This document shows, piece after piece, positions 7,195 through 17,869 of a stretch of DNA of 27,573 nt (position 1 is the first letter of the stretch; each line of letters starts with the position of its first letter). This stretch comes from Elainellaceae cyanobacterium (GTDB lineage Bacteria; Cyanobacteriota; Cyanobacteriia; CAZCXK01): the NCBI GenBank assembly GCA_051117555.1, contig JBNPEG010000048.1, positions 5,782 through 33,354 of the forward strand. Reading direction: 5' to 3'. A program made the position numbers and the translations under genes. The notes under the pieces were generated by a model that saw nothing but the letters and a program-made list of their open reading frames with translations, had not been told where the DNA came from and did no database searches.

Positions 7195-8757
7195 ATGCAG
7201 AAGAACAATTACGACGGACGGCAGAACGAGACAGCCTTAGAAGGTATTCAGAAAATTCGTACCCTAATTGAAGGCTTCGACGATATCAGTCATGGAGGTC
7301 TGCCCGTTGGTCGAACAACCCTGGTCAGTGGCACATCAGGCACTGGCAAAACACTAATCGCTGTTCAATTTCTCTACAACGGAATTACTCAATTTGATGA
7401 GTCAGGAATATTCGTTACGTTTGAAGAATCCCCCATTGACATTATTAAAAATGCATATAGCTTTGGCTGGAACCTACAAGAACTTATCGACGATGGAAAA
7501 CTGTTTATTTTAGATGCATCTCCCGACCCCGAAGGGCAAGATGTGGTCGGCAATTTTGATTTGTCTGCTCTCATCGAGCGGATTCAATATGCCATTCGTA
7601 AATACAAGGCAAAGCGCGTTTCGATTGATTCGGTAACGGCTGTTTTCCAACAATACGATGTTGCGTCAGTTGTTCGTCGAGAGATCTTCAGGTTGGTTGC
7701 ACGTCTGAAACAAATGGGTGCAACCACGATTATGACTACCGAACGGGTTGAAGAATATGGGCCAGTCGCTCGATTCGGGGTCGAAGAATTTGTATCCGAC
7801 AACGTCGTCATTGTTCGCAATGTGCTAGAAGGCGAACGGCGGCGTCGAACCATCGAGATTTTAAAGCTACGAGGTACGACTCATATGAAGGGAGAGTACC
7901 CGTTTACGATAACCAATCAAGGTGTCAGCATTTTTCCGCTTGGCGCGATGCGTCTGACGCAGCGCTCATCTAATATCCGGGTGTCCTCTGGCGTTAAAAC
8001 CCTTGACGAAATGTGCGGCGGCGGATTCTTCAAAGACTCAATTATCCTTGCGACGGGCGCAACAGGAACAGGTAAAACCTTGTTAGTCAGTAAGTTTCTT
8101 CAAGATGGCTGTCGCATAGGAGAACGGGCATTGTTATTTGCTTACGAAGAGTCTAGAGCGCAGTTATCGCGAAACGCGTATTCGTGGGGCATCGATTTTG
8201 AAGAGTTAGAGCAACAAGGGTTGCTAAAGATCATTTGCGCCTATCCAGAGTCAGCAGGGCTAGAAGATCATTTGCAAATTATTAAATCAGAGATTGCAGA
8301 TTTCAAACCGTCAAGGGTCGCCATTGATTCGCTGTCGGCATTAGATCGGGGTGTAACCAATAATGCCTTTCGACAGTTTGTGATTGGTGTAACAGGCTTT
8401 GCGAAACAGGAAGAGATCACCGGATTTTTCACCAACACAACAGACCAGTTTATGGGGTCTAACTCGATTACCGATTCTCAAATCTCGACCATTACAGATA
8501 CAATCTTGCTCTTGCAGTATGTCGAAATCCGTGGCGAGATGGCTCGCGCGATTAATGTCTTTAAAATGCGGGGATCATGGCACGATAAGGGCATTCGCGA
8601 ATATGTGATCAGTGAAGAAGGGCCTCAAATTAAAGACTCATTCCGCAATCTTGAACGAATTATTAGCGGCTCACCCACTCGAATCTCAGTGGATGAGAAG
8701 AGTGAGCTCTCTCGCATTGTGAGGGGGTTTCAAGATAAGCCAGAAGATGACCTTTAA
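7195..8757 (+). CDS. kaiC: Circadian clock protein KaiC (double domain)
   Basis: Two P-loops GTSGTGKT and GATGTGKT, EE catalytic motifs, S431/T432 phosphosites, follows kaiAB. Confidence 0.99.
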   Translation: MQKNNYDGRQNETALEGIQKIRTLIEGFDDISHGGLPVGRTTLVSGTSGTGKTLIAVQFLYNGITQFDESGIFVTFEESPIDIIKNAYSFGWNLQELIDDGKLFILDASPDPEGQDVVGNFDLSALIERIQYAIRKYKAKRVSIDSVTAVFQQYDVASVVRREIFRLVARLKQMGATTIMTTERVEEYGPVARFGVEEFVSDNVVIVRNVLEGERRRRTIEILKLRGTTHMKGEYPFTITNQGVSIFPLGAMRLTQRSSNIRVSSGVKTLDEMCGGGFFKDSIILATGATGTGKTLLVSKFLQDGCRIGERALLFAYEESRAQLSRNAYSWGIDFEELEQQGLLKIICAYPESAGLEDHLQIIKSEIADFKPSRVAIDSLSALDRGVTNNAFRQFVIGVTGFAKQEEITGFFTNTTDQFMGSNSITDSQISTITDTILLLQYVEIRGEMARAINVFKMRGSWHDKGIREYVISEEGPQIKDSFRNLERIISGSPTRISVDEKSELSRIVRGFQDKPEDDL

Positions 8758-8762
8758 AGAAG

Positions 8763-9692
8763 TTATTCTCCCTGGCGCTGCACCTGGCGCAAGAGCTGAT
8801 CAGTTTGCGCTGCCCATTGAGTATTGCCCTGAGCCGAGAACAGACCTCGCGCATATTGCAACACCTGTTGCGCATCTGCATATTGTTGTTGCTGGATAAA
8901 GACTAAACCAGCACCATAGTAAGCATTGGGATAGTTTGGATTTGCTTCAGCAGAACTGCGAAAGGCGTCTAACGCTTCATCAAGACTGCCTCGGCTAAAC
9001 AAAAGCGTTCCCAAACTGTAGTAAGCTTCTGGGTAATTTGGATTGAGTTCAACGGCTCGTTGAAATGCGGTGAGAGCTTGATCGAACTTCTCTTGTTGAA
9101 GATAAATCTGTCCTAGATGGTAGGAGGGTTCTGGTGCGCTGGGGCTAAGCTGTCTCGCTCGTTGAAAGGAAGCGATCGCCGCGTCGAAATTTTGTTGCTG
9201 CTTGTAGACCAATCCTAAGTTATAGTGAGCCAGTCCTAGCTCTGGATCTAGAGCCACTGCTCTTTGCAAATATTGACCTGATAAATCAAAGTTGTTGCCT
9301 TCTAAAAGAGCTGCTCCCAAATTGGCATACGCAACCGCAAATCGTGGGTCAGCTTGGATGGCTCGGTAAAACGAATTAGCCGCGGGTTGGAGTTGACCAG
9401 TTTGGCGAAGTGCTAAGCCAAGGTTATAGTGAGCTGCTGCTAGATTCGGATTCAGTTCGGTTGCGTTTCGAAATGCTGCGATCGCCTCTTGCATGCGTCC
9501 TTGCTGAATAAATTGCAACCCGATATTGACCTGCCCTTCTGCCGATTGAGAATTGGGTGCGCTCTGGCTGAGCAACTGGGAATACGGCTGAGCCTGACTC
9601 GGCAGCGCAGTCCCGGATGCGATCGCTAACCAGATAATCATCAATATCTGGCCGAATCCCTTTTTTCTATAACTGTTTCTATCCCCATCCAT
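8763..9692 (-). CDS. Tetratricopeptide repeat protein with a predicted signal peptide
   Basis: Repeated AHYNLGLAL / AYANLGAAL / AHYNLGLVY / AYYSLGTLL TPR motifs; hydrophobic N-terminus ending SQA. Confidence 0.92.
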   Translation of the reverse strand: MDGDRNSYRKKGFGQILMIIWLAIASGTALPSQAQPYSQLLSQSAPNSQSAEGQVNIGLQFIQQGRMQEAIAAFRNATELNPNLAAAHYNLGLALRQTGQLQPAANSFYRAIQADPRFAVAYANLGAALLEGNNFDLSGQYLQRAVALDPELGLAHYNLGLVYKQQQNFDAAIASFQRARQLSPSAPEPSYHLGQIYLQQEKFDQALTAFQRAVELNPNYPEAYYSLGTLLFSRGSLDEALDAFRSSAEANPNYPNAYYGAGLVFIQQQQYADAQQVLQYARGLFSAQGNTQWAAQTDQLLRQVQRQGE

Positions 9693-9789
9693 AGTCGCCC
9701 AACTCCTGCACGATATCGCCGATAACTTAGTCTACGGCTGACCTGCATCACGAACCGAACTCAATTCAAGAATTTTGCCGCCAGCGGGA

Positions 9790-10287
9790 TCAATGAATTT
9801 CAAGATTGAGTACGTAGTGACCTAGTCGTAGCTGGTTTGACCAAAGCTCATATTCTAAGCGGAGGTGCTTGGGAAGGGGCGAGCCCGTTAAGTCTAGGTG
9901 ACGAGTAAAGTTGCGGAGGCGAATCTGATTATGGCTTGACAACTCATTTTGCAGCCAGTACCGATTTAAGCCATAAACGCCCTGCTCCCAAAAATGGCGA
10001 TAGCTCAGCTTACCGTTTCCTTGCATGGTCATGATGACTCGGTACGGAGACACTTCTAACCATAATAAACGAGGCGTTTGTAGAGTAGTTGGCAATGGTC
10101 CAATATCAGGAGCGCTGGGCTCTGCGTGTTTGCTTTGAATGATGGGTTCGGTCAATAAAATATGAAATCGATTATTATCTTTTTCGAAAACCGTTGCAGA
10201 GGTTTCCAGAACAGACCAAAGTGGCAAGTCAAACGACATCAACGAAAGCGAGACTGGCTTGCGGTGCTGATTCAGCATAAATATCAA
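9790..10287 (-). CDS. Conserved cyanobacterial hypothetical protein (start possibly 10278)
   Basis: 165-aa ORF filling the gap, protein-like composition (LLWLEVSPYRVIMTMQG, YRHFWEQGVYG). Confidence 0.8.
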   Translation of the reverse strand: MIFMLNQHRKPVSLSLMSFDLPLWSVLETSATVFEKDNNRFHILLTEPIIQSKHAEPSAPDIGPLPTTLQTPRLLWLEVSPYRVIMTMQGNGKLSYRHFWEQGVYGLNRYWLQNELSSHNQIRLRNFTRHLDLTGSPLPKHLRLEYELWSNQLRLGHYVLNLEIH

Positions 10288-10401
10288 GGAGCTTGAGGTA
10301 CAAAAAAGCCTAGAGGTGTCACGGGAATCATAAGAAACCCAGAAAACGGTAGGATTGCAAGATTGGCTGGTATCGTAATTCCCAGCAGCTAGTTTATCCT
10401 A

Positions 10402-11745
10402 ATGTCAACGGCTACCATAACCCTGAATATCACTGAATCTCATCATATTTTGATGATTAATCCTCCAGATGCAGGGCTCTCTTTGCAAGGCTCCATTCAA
10501 ATCCCAGGTGATAAATCAATCTCTCATCGGTCATTAATGCTCGGGGCGATCGCCCAAGGCGAAACCAAAATTCAAGGACTGTTGCTGGGCGACGATCCGC
10601 AGAGCACCGCACAGTGTCTACGAGCCATGGGAGCGGAAATTTCGGACCTAAACGCTGATGAGGTCATCATTCAAGGCATTGGGCTCGGACAGCTTCAAGA
10701 ACCTACAGATGTTTTAAACGCTGGCAATTCAGGAACAACGATGCGATTGATGATTGGGCTGCTCGCCTCGCACCCGGATCGATTTTTTGCGGTAACTGGA
10801 GATTCATCATTGCGATCGCGTCCTATGTCTCGTGTTATTCAGCCCTTACAGCAGATGGGCGCTAACATCTGGTCTCGCAGCGGCGGGCGGGCTCCCCTTG
10901 CGATTCAAGGGCAAGCCCTGAAACCCATTCATTACTATTCTCCGGTCGCATCAGCGCAGGTAAAATCGTGCATTTTGCTAGCTGGACTGATGGCAGACGG
11001 CCAGACTACCGTCACGGAGCCTTCTCGATCGCGGGATCACAGCGAACGCATGTTAGAAGCATTTGGAGCAGCCATTACAACTGATCCCGAAACACGGAGC
11101 GCAACGGTGTCAGGGCCTGCTCAGCTCCGAGGGCAAACGGTCATTGTCCCTGGAGATATTAGCTCGGCGGCTTTCTGGCTCGTTGCAGGTGCAATTATTC
11201 CAGGATCAAATCTCTTGATTCAAAATGTGGGCGTGAATCCAACGCGTACTGGCATTCTAGATGCGCTCAGTCAGATGAATGCAGATGTGTCACTCGAACA
11301 TCAGCGCACTGTTGCTGGAGAACCAGTTGCAGATATTCGAGTTCGATCAAGTTCACTACAGGCTTGCACGATTGAGGGAGACTTGATCCCGCGGCTAATT
11401 GATGAAATCCCGATTTTGGCAGTGGCGGCTCTATTTGCCAGCGGCACGACGATTATCAAGGATGCTGCTGAACTACGAGTGAAAGAGAGCGATCGCCTTG
11501 CAGTGATGGCCAATCAGCTCAACCGGATGGGAGCAAACGTGACAGAATTACCAGATGGATTAGAAATCACAGGTGGCAGCTCGCTTCATGGAGCTGAGGT
11601 CGATAGCCATGCCGATCACCGCATTGCCATGAGTTTGGCGATCGCGGCGCTTACCGCTAAAGGGGCAACCCATATCCACCGCGCCGAGGCGGCTGCCATT
11701 TCATATCCTGATTTTACGTCTACTTTACAGCGCGTTTGTGATTAA
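10402..11745 (+). CDS. aroA: 3-phosphoshikimate 1-carboxyvinyltransferase (EPSP synthase)
   Basis: [41 protein letters not shown]. Confidence 0.98.
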   Translation: MSTATITLNITESHHILMINPPDAGLSLQGSIQIPGDKSISHRSLMLGAIAQGETKIQGLLLGDDPQSTAQCLRAMGAEISDLNADEVIIQGIGLGQLQEPTDVLNAGNSGTTMRLMIGLLASHPDRFFAVTGDSSLRSRPMSRVIQPLQQMGANIWSRSGGRAPLAIQGQALKPIHYYSPVASAQVKSCILLAGLMADGQTTVTEPSRSRDHSERMLEAFGAAITTDPETRSATVSGPAQLRGQTVIVPGDISSAAFWLVAGAIIPGSNLLIQNVGVNPTRTGILDALSQMNADVSLEHQRTVAGEPVADIRVRSSSLQACTIEGDLIPRLIDEIPILAVAALFASGTTIIKDAAELRVKESDRLAVMANQLNRMGANVTELPDGLEITGGSSLHGAEVDSHADHRIAMSLAIAALTAKGATHIHRAEAAAISYPDFTSTLQRVCD

Positions 11746-11767
11746 TCCTGTCATTAACCGTCTGCAA

Positions 11768-12562
11768 TCAAATCAAAGAAAGCTGACGCCCGCCTTGGCG
11801 ATCGTAGAAAATCGCCTCCACATCACCTCGGCGATACATCGGAAACCCATTTTCACGGCGTCCTGAGAAGCGGGACTCTACCCCTAATTCTGTCATCAAA
11901 GACTGGCACTGTTTCTTAGAACGCCGTAATAATTTTGCGGCTTCTTTTAGAGGCATCCAATGGCGAGCAAATCGAGCGATGAGTGTTTCATCGTCTTCAT
12001 TTCGGATTTCGTGTAACAACCGCTCTGCCAGTAGCCAGCACGCCTGGGTATCCGCTTCGGCACGATGAGATACACCCACCTGAAATTGGAAATGCTTCAC
12101 CAGCTTCGGCAAGCTCCGAGATGGTAAATCTGCCAGCATCAGGCGAGCCAGTTCTACCGTACAAAATCGCTCACTGGCAGGCTTATAGAAATTTGTCACC
12201 AGCCGAGCATATTCTGCTCTGAGAAATGGATAATCGAACTTAATATTATGGGCAGTTAAAATACCTTGATTGAGCCAAGAAACATAGAGCGGAAAGATAT
12301 CTTCAGCAGGAGGTGCAACGCTCACCATTTCTTGAGAAATGCCAGTCACCTCAACAATCTTAGGTGGGATTGGCTCCTGGGGATTAATCAAATGAGTTTG
12401 CTGTCGATGAATTCCATCTGCCAGCGTCGCCTGAAGCACCGACAATTCCATCACGCGATTATGACGTGCCCGATGTCCGGTTGTTTCGACATCAACAACG
12501 GCAAATAGCTGCGTGCTGAGGCATCGATAGTAAGCGAGCAGTTCGGTAGACAGCAGAATCAT
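11768..12562 (-). CDS. DEDDh 3'-5' exonuclease (DnaQ/epsilon-like) with a C-terminal HTH-like extension
   Basis: VVDVETTG, AHNIKFD, HRAEAD motifs; start moved to ATG 12562 because the 12853 start overlaps crhR. Confidence 0.9.
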   Translation of the reverse strand: MILLSTELLAYYRCLSTQLFAVVDVETTGHRARHNRVMELSVLQATLADGIHRQQTHLINPQEPIPPKIVEVTGISQEMVSVAPPAEDIFPLYVSWLNQGILTAHNIKFDYPFLRAEYARLVTNFYKPASERFCTVELARLMLADLPSRSLPKLVKHFQFQVGVSHRAEADTQACWLLAERLLHEIRNEDDETLIARFARHWMPLKEAAKLLRRSKKQCQSLMTELGVESRFSGRRENGFPMYRRGDVEAIFYDRQGGRQLSLI

Positions 12563-12650
12563 GCCTTTGATTTCAATATCTGAGACAAGGCTAAGAACGG
12601 CGCAGTGGGAATAGTGCTTAAACAAACCATTCCCAACTCTAACGCAATGC

Positions 12651-14060
12651 CTAGTTTTTAGACGGAAGTGAGGGGCGGCTTCGCTTGGATTGCTTCCCTC
12701 GTGAACCTGAACGAGACTTTGTAGGACGGGCGGGTGACTCGTCAACCACGTTTTGTTCTCGCATCCAAGCTGGACGAATTTGATCGTATGCCATTTGCAA
12801 CGCCGCTGCTGCAACGGTGTGAGGTTCATACTCTTCGCTAAGCTGCGACACAATTGGCAAGAACGAGGCGATCCGCTCGCTTGCTAATGCTTCTCGAATC
12901 TGATCTTGCAGCTTTTGAATATGGCGTGCTTCAATTTCTGCCCGAGTTGGAATCTTACCCCACGATAGTTTCTGCCGAATATGACGCTCGATATTGCGCA
13001 ATTTGTGCTTATCCAGAGGATGAATCAGCGAGAGCGCCATTCCTTCTTTACCAGCGCGCCCTGTTCGCCCAATTCGGTGGACATAACTATCGACGCTATC
13101 AGGCAGGTCATAGTTAATCACATGCGTCAAGTCTTCGACATGAAGACCTCGCGCGGCAATGTCGGTGGCAACAACCCATCGCACCTGACGCTGGCGGAAT
13201 CGAAGCAAAAGCCGTTCTCGCTGAGCTTGGCTTAGATCCCCATGATATTCATCGACGCTATGCCCTGCCGCTTGAAGCTGTCGGGTCAGTTCGGCTGCGG
13301 AGCGGCGAGTCCGTACAAAAATTAGGGCAGAGTCAGGATCTTCAAGCTCCAGGATCGGTTGGAGAGCTCGTGACTTTGTCCATCCTCGTGGGATCATGTA
13401 CGCAATTTGATTAATGCGGCTGGGAGCCGCTTTGGGTTGCTCAATTGCAACGGTGACGGGCGATCGCAAGAATTTTGTAGCTAGTTCACGGATTGAAGGA
13501 TCCATGGTCGCCGAAAAGAAAGCCATCTGGCGTTCTGACGGAGCCTGACTCAAAATATCTTCGACATCTTGAATAAAGCCCATATTAAGCATCTCATCAG
13601 CTTCATCCAAAACTAACCAATTCAGCTCATCCAGGCGAAGATCGCCTCGCGATAGCAAATCGAGCACTCGTCCAGGTGTGCCTACGACAATCTGACTCCC
13701 TTTTTGAAGGCGCTGAATTTGTCGATCGATTGCTTGCCCACCATACACGGCTAGCGTAAACAGCCGCCTGTCGTCGTTGAGACCTCGAATCGATTGATAG
13801 ACCTGAACTGCCAATTCGCGAGTTGGTGTCAGAATCAGCGCCTGTACCGCTCGATTTTTAACGTCGATTTGCTCCAGCAACGGTAGAGCAAATGCCGCTG
13901 TTTTGCCCGTGCCTGTTTGAGCTAATCCAACAACATCTCGACCGGATAGTAGGTGAGGGATGGCTCGTGCCTGAATTTCGGTTGGCGTATCAAATCCTAA
14001 ATCTTCGAGAATCCGGACACGGGCGTCCGAAAGTCCTAAACTCTTAAACGAGAGGGTCAT
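12651..14060 (-). CDS. crhR: DEAD-box RNA helicase CrhR
   Basis: AQTGTGKT, PTRELA, DEAD, SAT, HRIGRTGR; directly downstream of rimO, as in the cyanobacterial rimO-crhR operon. Confidence 0.93.
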   Translation of the reverse strand: MTLSFKSLGLSDARVRILEDLGFDTPTEIQARAIPHLLSGRDVVGLAQTGTGKTAAFALPLLEQIDVKNRAVQALILTPTRELAVQVYQSIRGLNDDRRLFTLAVYGGQAIDRQIQRLQKGSQIVVGTPGRVLDLLSRGDLRLDELNWLVLDEADEMLNMGFIQDVEDILSQAPSERQMAFFSATMDPSIRELATKFLRSPVTVAIEQPKAAPSRINQIAYMIPRGWTKSRALQPILELEDPDSALIFVRTRRSAAELTRQLQAAGHSVDEYHGDLSQAQRERLLLRFRQRQVRWVVATDIAARGLHVEDLTHVINYDLPDSVDSYVHRIGRTGRAGKEGMALSLIHPLDKHKLRNIERHIRQKLSWGKIPTRAEIEARHIQKLQDQIREALASERIASFLPIVSQLSEEYEPHTVAAAALQMAYDQIRPAWMREQNVVDESPARPTKSRSGSRGKQSKRSRPSLPSKN

Positions 14061-14081
14061 CGTGTCTCCTTAAATCGCGTG

Positions 14082-15455
14082 TTAGTGGTATCGCGCACTG
14101 AAAGAGACACGATTAAGCGCGCCTCTCAACTGCGTTTGAGTATCTGCAACATGACCATACAGGTCATAAATATCGGCGTCAGTAACGGCAACCGGAACAA
14201 TCGTTCCTAGCCTCGCCTCGCCCTGAACGTAAACTAAACCGTCAACATCTGGAGCAAAGCGGGCTGATCGCCCAATTAATTCTTGGGTTTCAGGATTTTC
14301 TTGCTCAATCAAGACATCGACTACAGTTCCAATTTCAGCTTGATTTTTCCGCCAGGAGATGGGCTGTTGGATTTGCATCAATGCATCTCGACGCGCATCC
14401 ATGACAGACTGGGGAATCTGATCCGGCATTAGATAGGCCGGAGTGCCTTCCTCAGGGGAAAATGTAAATACACCAATGTGGTCAAACTCATGACGTTGAA
14501 CGAACTGAAGTAGATGCTGAAACTGCTCGTCCGTTTCGCCAGGAAAGCCAACGATGAACGTTGTTCTCAGCACCGCATCCGGAAGTGCTGCTTTTATCCG
14601 TTCGATAATTTGGTCGTTAACCTGTCCTTGCCAGGGTCGATTCATAGCCCGCAACACATCGGGATGGGAGTGCTGGAGGGGCAAATCTAGATACGGCAAA
14701 ACGTTCGGCGTTTCCTGAATTGCTTCAATGACCTCGGGGGTCAATCCGGTCGGATAGGCATAATGCATCCGAATCCAGGGCACTTCAACGGTACCTAACG
14801 CTCTCAATAATTCGGCAAGCTTAGGCTCTCCGTAACGATCGAGTCCGTAATTAGTCGTGATCTGGGATATTAGAACAATTTCTTGAACACCCTCAGCCAC
14901 GAGTTGCTTCGCTTCCGCCACAATCGACTCAATTGAGCGCGATCGCTGCTTGCCTCGCAAATGGGGAATAATGCAAAATGCACACCGATAATCACAGCCT
15001 TCCGCGACTCTCAGGTATGCCACCCCTTCGGTCGTCGTTCGATAGCGGGGTATAGTTTCATCAGCGATATAGGTCGGATTAGCGGACACTTCCTTGACTC
15101 GCTCACCGGCCTCGGCACGATGAATCACATCTACAATTTTGTGATAGTCTCCTGTGCCTACAAGCGCTACCGCTTCAGGCAGTTCATCCAGCAATTCTTG
15201 CTGAAAGTGCTGCGCCATGCATCCGGTGATGACTACTTTTTTCTGAGCCTCTGCAAGCTCAACAAGCACCCGTACAGACTCTTCTCGGGCAGCTTGAATA
15301 AAGCTGCAAGTATTGACAATTACATAATCAGCAAGCTCTTCATTGCTGTCGACTAGGTAGCCTGCCTCTACAAGCAAACCCAGCATATGCTCTGTATCTA
15401 CTCGATTCTTTTCACAACCGAGATGTGAAATAGAAACTGTTGGCTTATCGCCCAT
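14082..15455 (-). CDS. rimO: Ribosomal protein S12 methylthiotransferase RimO
   Basis: [15 protein letters not shown], radical SAM motif [11 protein letters not shown]-terminal TRAM with APDVDG. Confidence 0.96.
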   Translation of the reverse strand: MGDKPTVSISHLGCEKNRVDTEHMLGLLVEAGYLVDSNEELADYVIVNTCSFIQAAREESVRVLVELAEAQKKVVITGCMAQHFQQELLDELPEAVALVGTGDYHKIVDVIHRAEAGERVKEVSANPTYIADETIPRYRTTTEGVAYLRVAEGCDYRCAFCIIPHLRGKQRSRSIESIVAEAKQLVAEGVQEIVLISQITTNYGLDRYGEPKLAELLRALGTVEVPWIRMHYAYPTGLTPEVIEAIQETPNVLPYLDLPLQHSHPDVLRAMNRPWQGQVNDQIIERIKAALPDAVLRTTFIVGFPGETDEQFQHLLQFVQRHEFDHIGVFTFSPEEGTPAYLMPDQIPQSVMDARRDALMQIQQPISWRKNQAEIGTVVDVLIEQENPETQELIGRSARFAPDVDGLVYVQGEARLGTIVPVAVTDADIYDLYGHVADTQTQLRGALNRVSFSARYH

Positions 15456-15871
15456 AAAAAGTTCTTATTGATACACAATGAGTAAGTGGATACTGGCTCG
15501 ATCCAAACGTAGGATGATGGGGATAGTGGTTTCGCACAGTAGCGATTGGTGATCAACGGCTAACCCCCTTCCAACCCTGCATCGTGCCAGGATGCTAACC
15601 AAATACCGTTAATTAGAATCGCTTGCTGATTTTATCGGATAGCGATGACATCCTAACGCAAAAATGCATAACATAACTACACATTTTAGACGAATCACGA
15701 CTAATTGTGAGAATTAACCGCTCTTAACACGATGACAACAGCCAGAATGCATCATCGACGAATCCCGAGAGTCTCAAATAATTCAAAGTTCAGTTCATAT
15801 TGCTGCTAAAGTTAGATCTTAAAGCTTAACATTGTGTGTATTGTGATTAACGGGTTCGAATTTAAGAACAC

Positions 15872-16741
15872 GTGGACTTGATTCAGATATTTAAGACTGC
15901 AAATCCGATTATTGGTGTCATTCATTTGCTGCCGCTTCCGACGTCGCCTCGCTGGGGAGGTGATTTGAAAGCAGTGATTGCTCGTGCTGAGCAAGAGGCA
16001 ACTGCCTTAGCGTCTGGAGGTGTCGATGGCATCATCGTCGAGAACTTTTTTGATGCGCCCTTTCCAAAAGATACGGTTGATCCAGCTGTTGTGAGCGCAA
16101 TGAGCCTGGTCGTTCAGCGCTTAACGAGTCTGGTGACGCTCCCGATTGGGCTCAACGTATTACGCAATGATGCTTGTAGTGCAATGGCGATCGCCACCTG
16201 TGTGCAGGCTCAGTTTATTCGCGTCAATGTCTTGACTGGTGTCATGGCGACCGACCAAGGGCTGATTGAAGGGCAAGCTCACCATTTGCTCCGGTATCGC
16301 CGTGAACTGGGCAGTGATGTCAAGATTTTGGCCGACGTATTGGTGAAACATGCTCGCCCATTAGGATCGCCTAACCTAACAACTGCTGTGCAAGAAACCA
16401 TCGGTCGAGGGCTAGCAGACGGCGTTATTTTGTCGGGGTGGACAACCGGAAGCCCTCCAAGTTTAGAAGATTTAGAACTTGCGACAGCCGCCGCAAAAGG
16501 AACGCCTGTCTTCATTGGCAGTGGTGCGACATGGGAAAACATACCCAAGCTCATCCAGGCGGCGGATGGCGTGATTGTTTCCAGTTCATTAAAACGTCGG
16601 GGCCAGATCGAACAGCCCGTCGATCCGATTCGAGTGAGTCAGTTTGTTGATGCAATGCGGCGAAGTTTAACGGCTCCGCAATCCCAATCCCGCTCAGCAA
16701 CGGCAATTCCATCTTATTCAGAATCCTATCCCGAGTCATGA
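15872..16741 (+). CDS. btpA: Photosystem I biogenesis protein BtpA
   Basis: IGVIHLLPLPTSPRW, VENFFDAPF, GLNVLRND, DVLVKHA; GTG start. Confidence 0.95.
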   Translation: MDLIQIFKTANPIIGVIHLLPLPTSPRWGGDLKAVIARAEQEATALASGGVDGIIVENFFDAPFPKDTVDPAVVSAMSLVVQRLTSLVTLPIGLNVLRNDACSAMAIATCVQAQFIRVNVLTGVMATDQGLIEGQAHHLLRYRRELGSDVKILADVLVKHARPLGSPNLTTAVQETIGRGLADGVILSGWTTGSPPSLEDLELATAAAKGTPVFIGSGATWENIPKLIQAADGVIVSSSLKRRGQIEQPVDPIRVSQFVDAMRRSLTAPQSQSRSATAIPSYSESYPES

Positions 16742-16927
16742 CCTGTCCAAGATAGTGATCTGGAAAGACGCCTCGAAAGGGAGTCCGAAAGGGAGTCTAA
16801 AACGCTTAAGCCAAAAAAAAGAGATTTCTTGATTTTTCAAAAACAAAAGTGAACAGTGTAAGCCAGAATGGGTAAGGTAAAGCTTGGTAAGTTCATCCAA
16901 ACAGCATAATTTCCGTGGGAAGGTCTT

Positions 16928-17860
16928 ATGAGCCGCCGACGTCAAAAAACTCCTTGGATTCATTTACGATCTCGATATATCATTGGGGCGATCGCCACGG
17001 TTGGGGCATTAGGTACGGCATACCTCACCATAGTTAAGGTGATGGGGGGTGATGCTGCCTGTCCGGCTCAGGGCTGTGAGCAGGTTCTCTCTAGCCCATA
17101 TGCGACCGTTTTCGGGCTACCGTTGACCCTCTTTGGCTTTTTGGGCTATTTCAGCATGGGCGTTTTGTCTCTGGGCCCCCTTGCTGTCAAACCAGAGAAT
17201 AATAAAGATCTTCGGCTCAAACTTGATCAGTGGAGCTGGTTGCTGCTATTTGCGGGAGCAACCGCAATGACTGTATTTAGCGGATACCTGATGTATCTGC
17301 TCGCTGCCGAAATCAGGACCACCTGCATTTATTGCATTACGTCTGCGATTTTGAGTGTGAGTATGTTTGCGCTGACCCTGATGGGTCGTGCGTGGGACGA
17401 TAGAGGTCAATTGCTCTTCACGGGATTTTTGGTGGCAGTTGTCACCTTAGTTGGGACACTGGGCGTGTATTCGGGGGTTGATAATCCTAGCTCCCCTGTT
17501 ACAGCATCGTCTGGAAGTGCGACAGGGCAAGCCCCTCCTCCCATTCAAACGACCTCAGGCGAGGCTGAAATGGCGTTGGCTCAGCATCTCAGCGATATCG
17601 GAGCCAAGAAGTATAGCGCCTATTGGTGTCCCCACTGTCACGCTCAACAAGCCATGTTTGGTCGTGAAGCCTTTGCCCTGATCGACTACATCGAATGTGA
17701 TCCCCAAGGGCAAAATGCTCAGCCGGAGCTATGCCAGGCTGCGGGAGTCGAAGGGTATCCCTCGTGGGAAATCAACGGTGAGATATATTCAGGAACTATT
17801 CCTCTTGAAGATCTTGCCGCATTGTCTGGATATGACGGTCCGATGAATTTCAAAAACTAA
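16928..17860 (+). CDS. Vitamin K epoxide reductase (VKOR) - thioredoxin-like fusion, disulfide bond formation
   Basis: C-x4-C-x2-VLSSPYA loop, transmembrane helices, CIYC, C-terminal WCPHC and GYPSW. Confidence 0.95.
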   Translation: MSRRRQKTPWIHLRSRYIIGAIATVGALGTAYLTIVKVMGGDAACPAQGCEQVLSSPYATVFGLPLTLFGFLGYFSMGVLSLGPLAVKPENNKDLRLKLDQWSWLLLFAGATAMTVFSGYLMYLLAAEIRTTCIYCITSAILSVSMFALTLMGRAWDDRGQLLFTGFLVAVVTLVGTLGVYSGVDNPSSPVTASSGSATGQAPPPIQTTSGEAEMALAQHLSDIGAKKYSAYWCPHCHAQQAMFGREAFALIDYIECDPQGQNAQPELCQAAGVEGYPSWEINGEIYSGTIPLEDLAALSGYDGPMNFKN

Positions 17861-17869
17861 TTCCAAATA

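Noticed and set aside
12563..12853. N-terminal extension of the exonuclease ORF
   Set aside because: Overlaps the 3' end of crhR in another frame; the recognisable protein starts at ATG 12562
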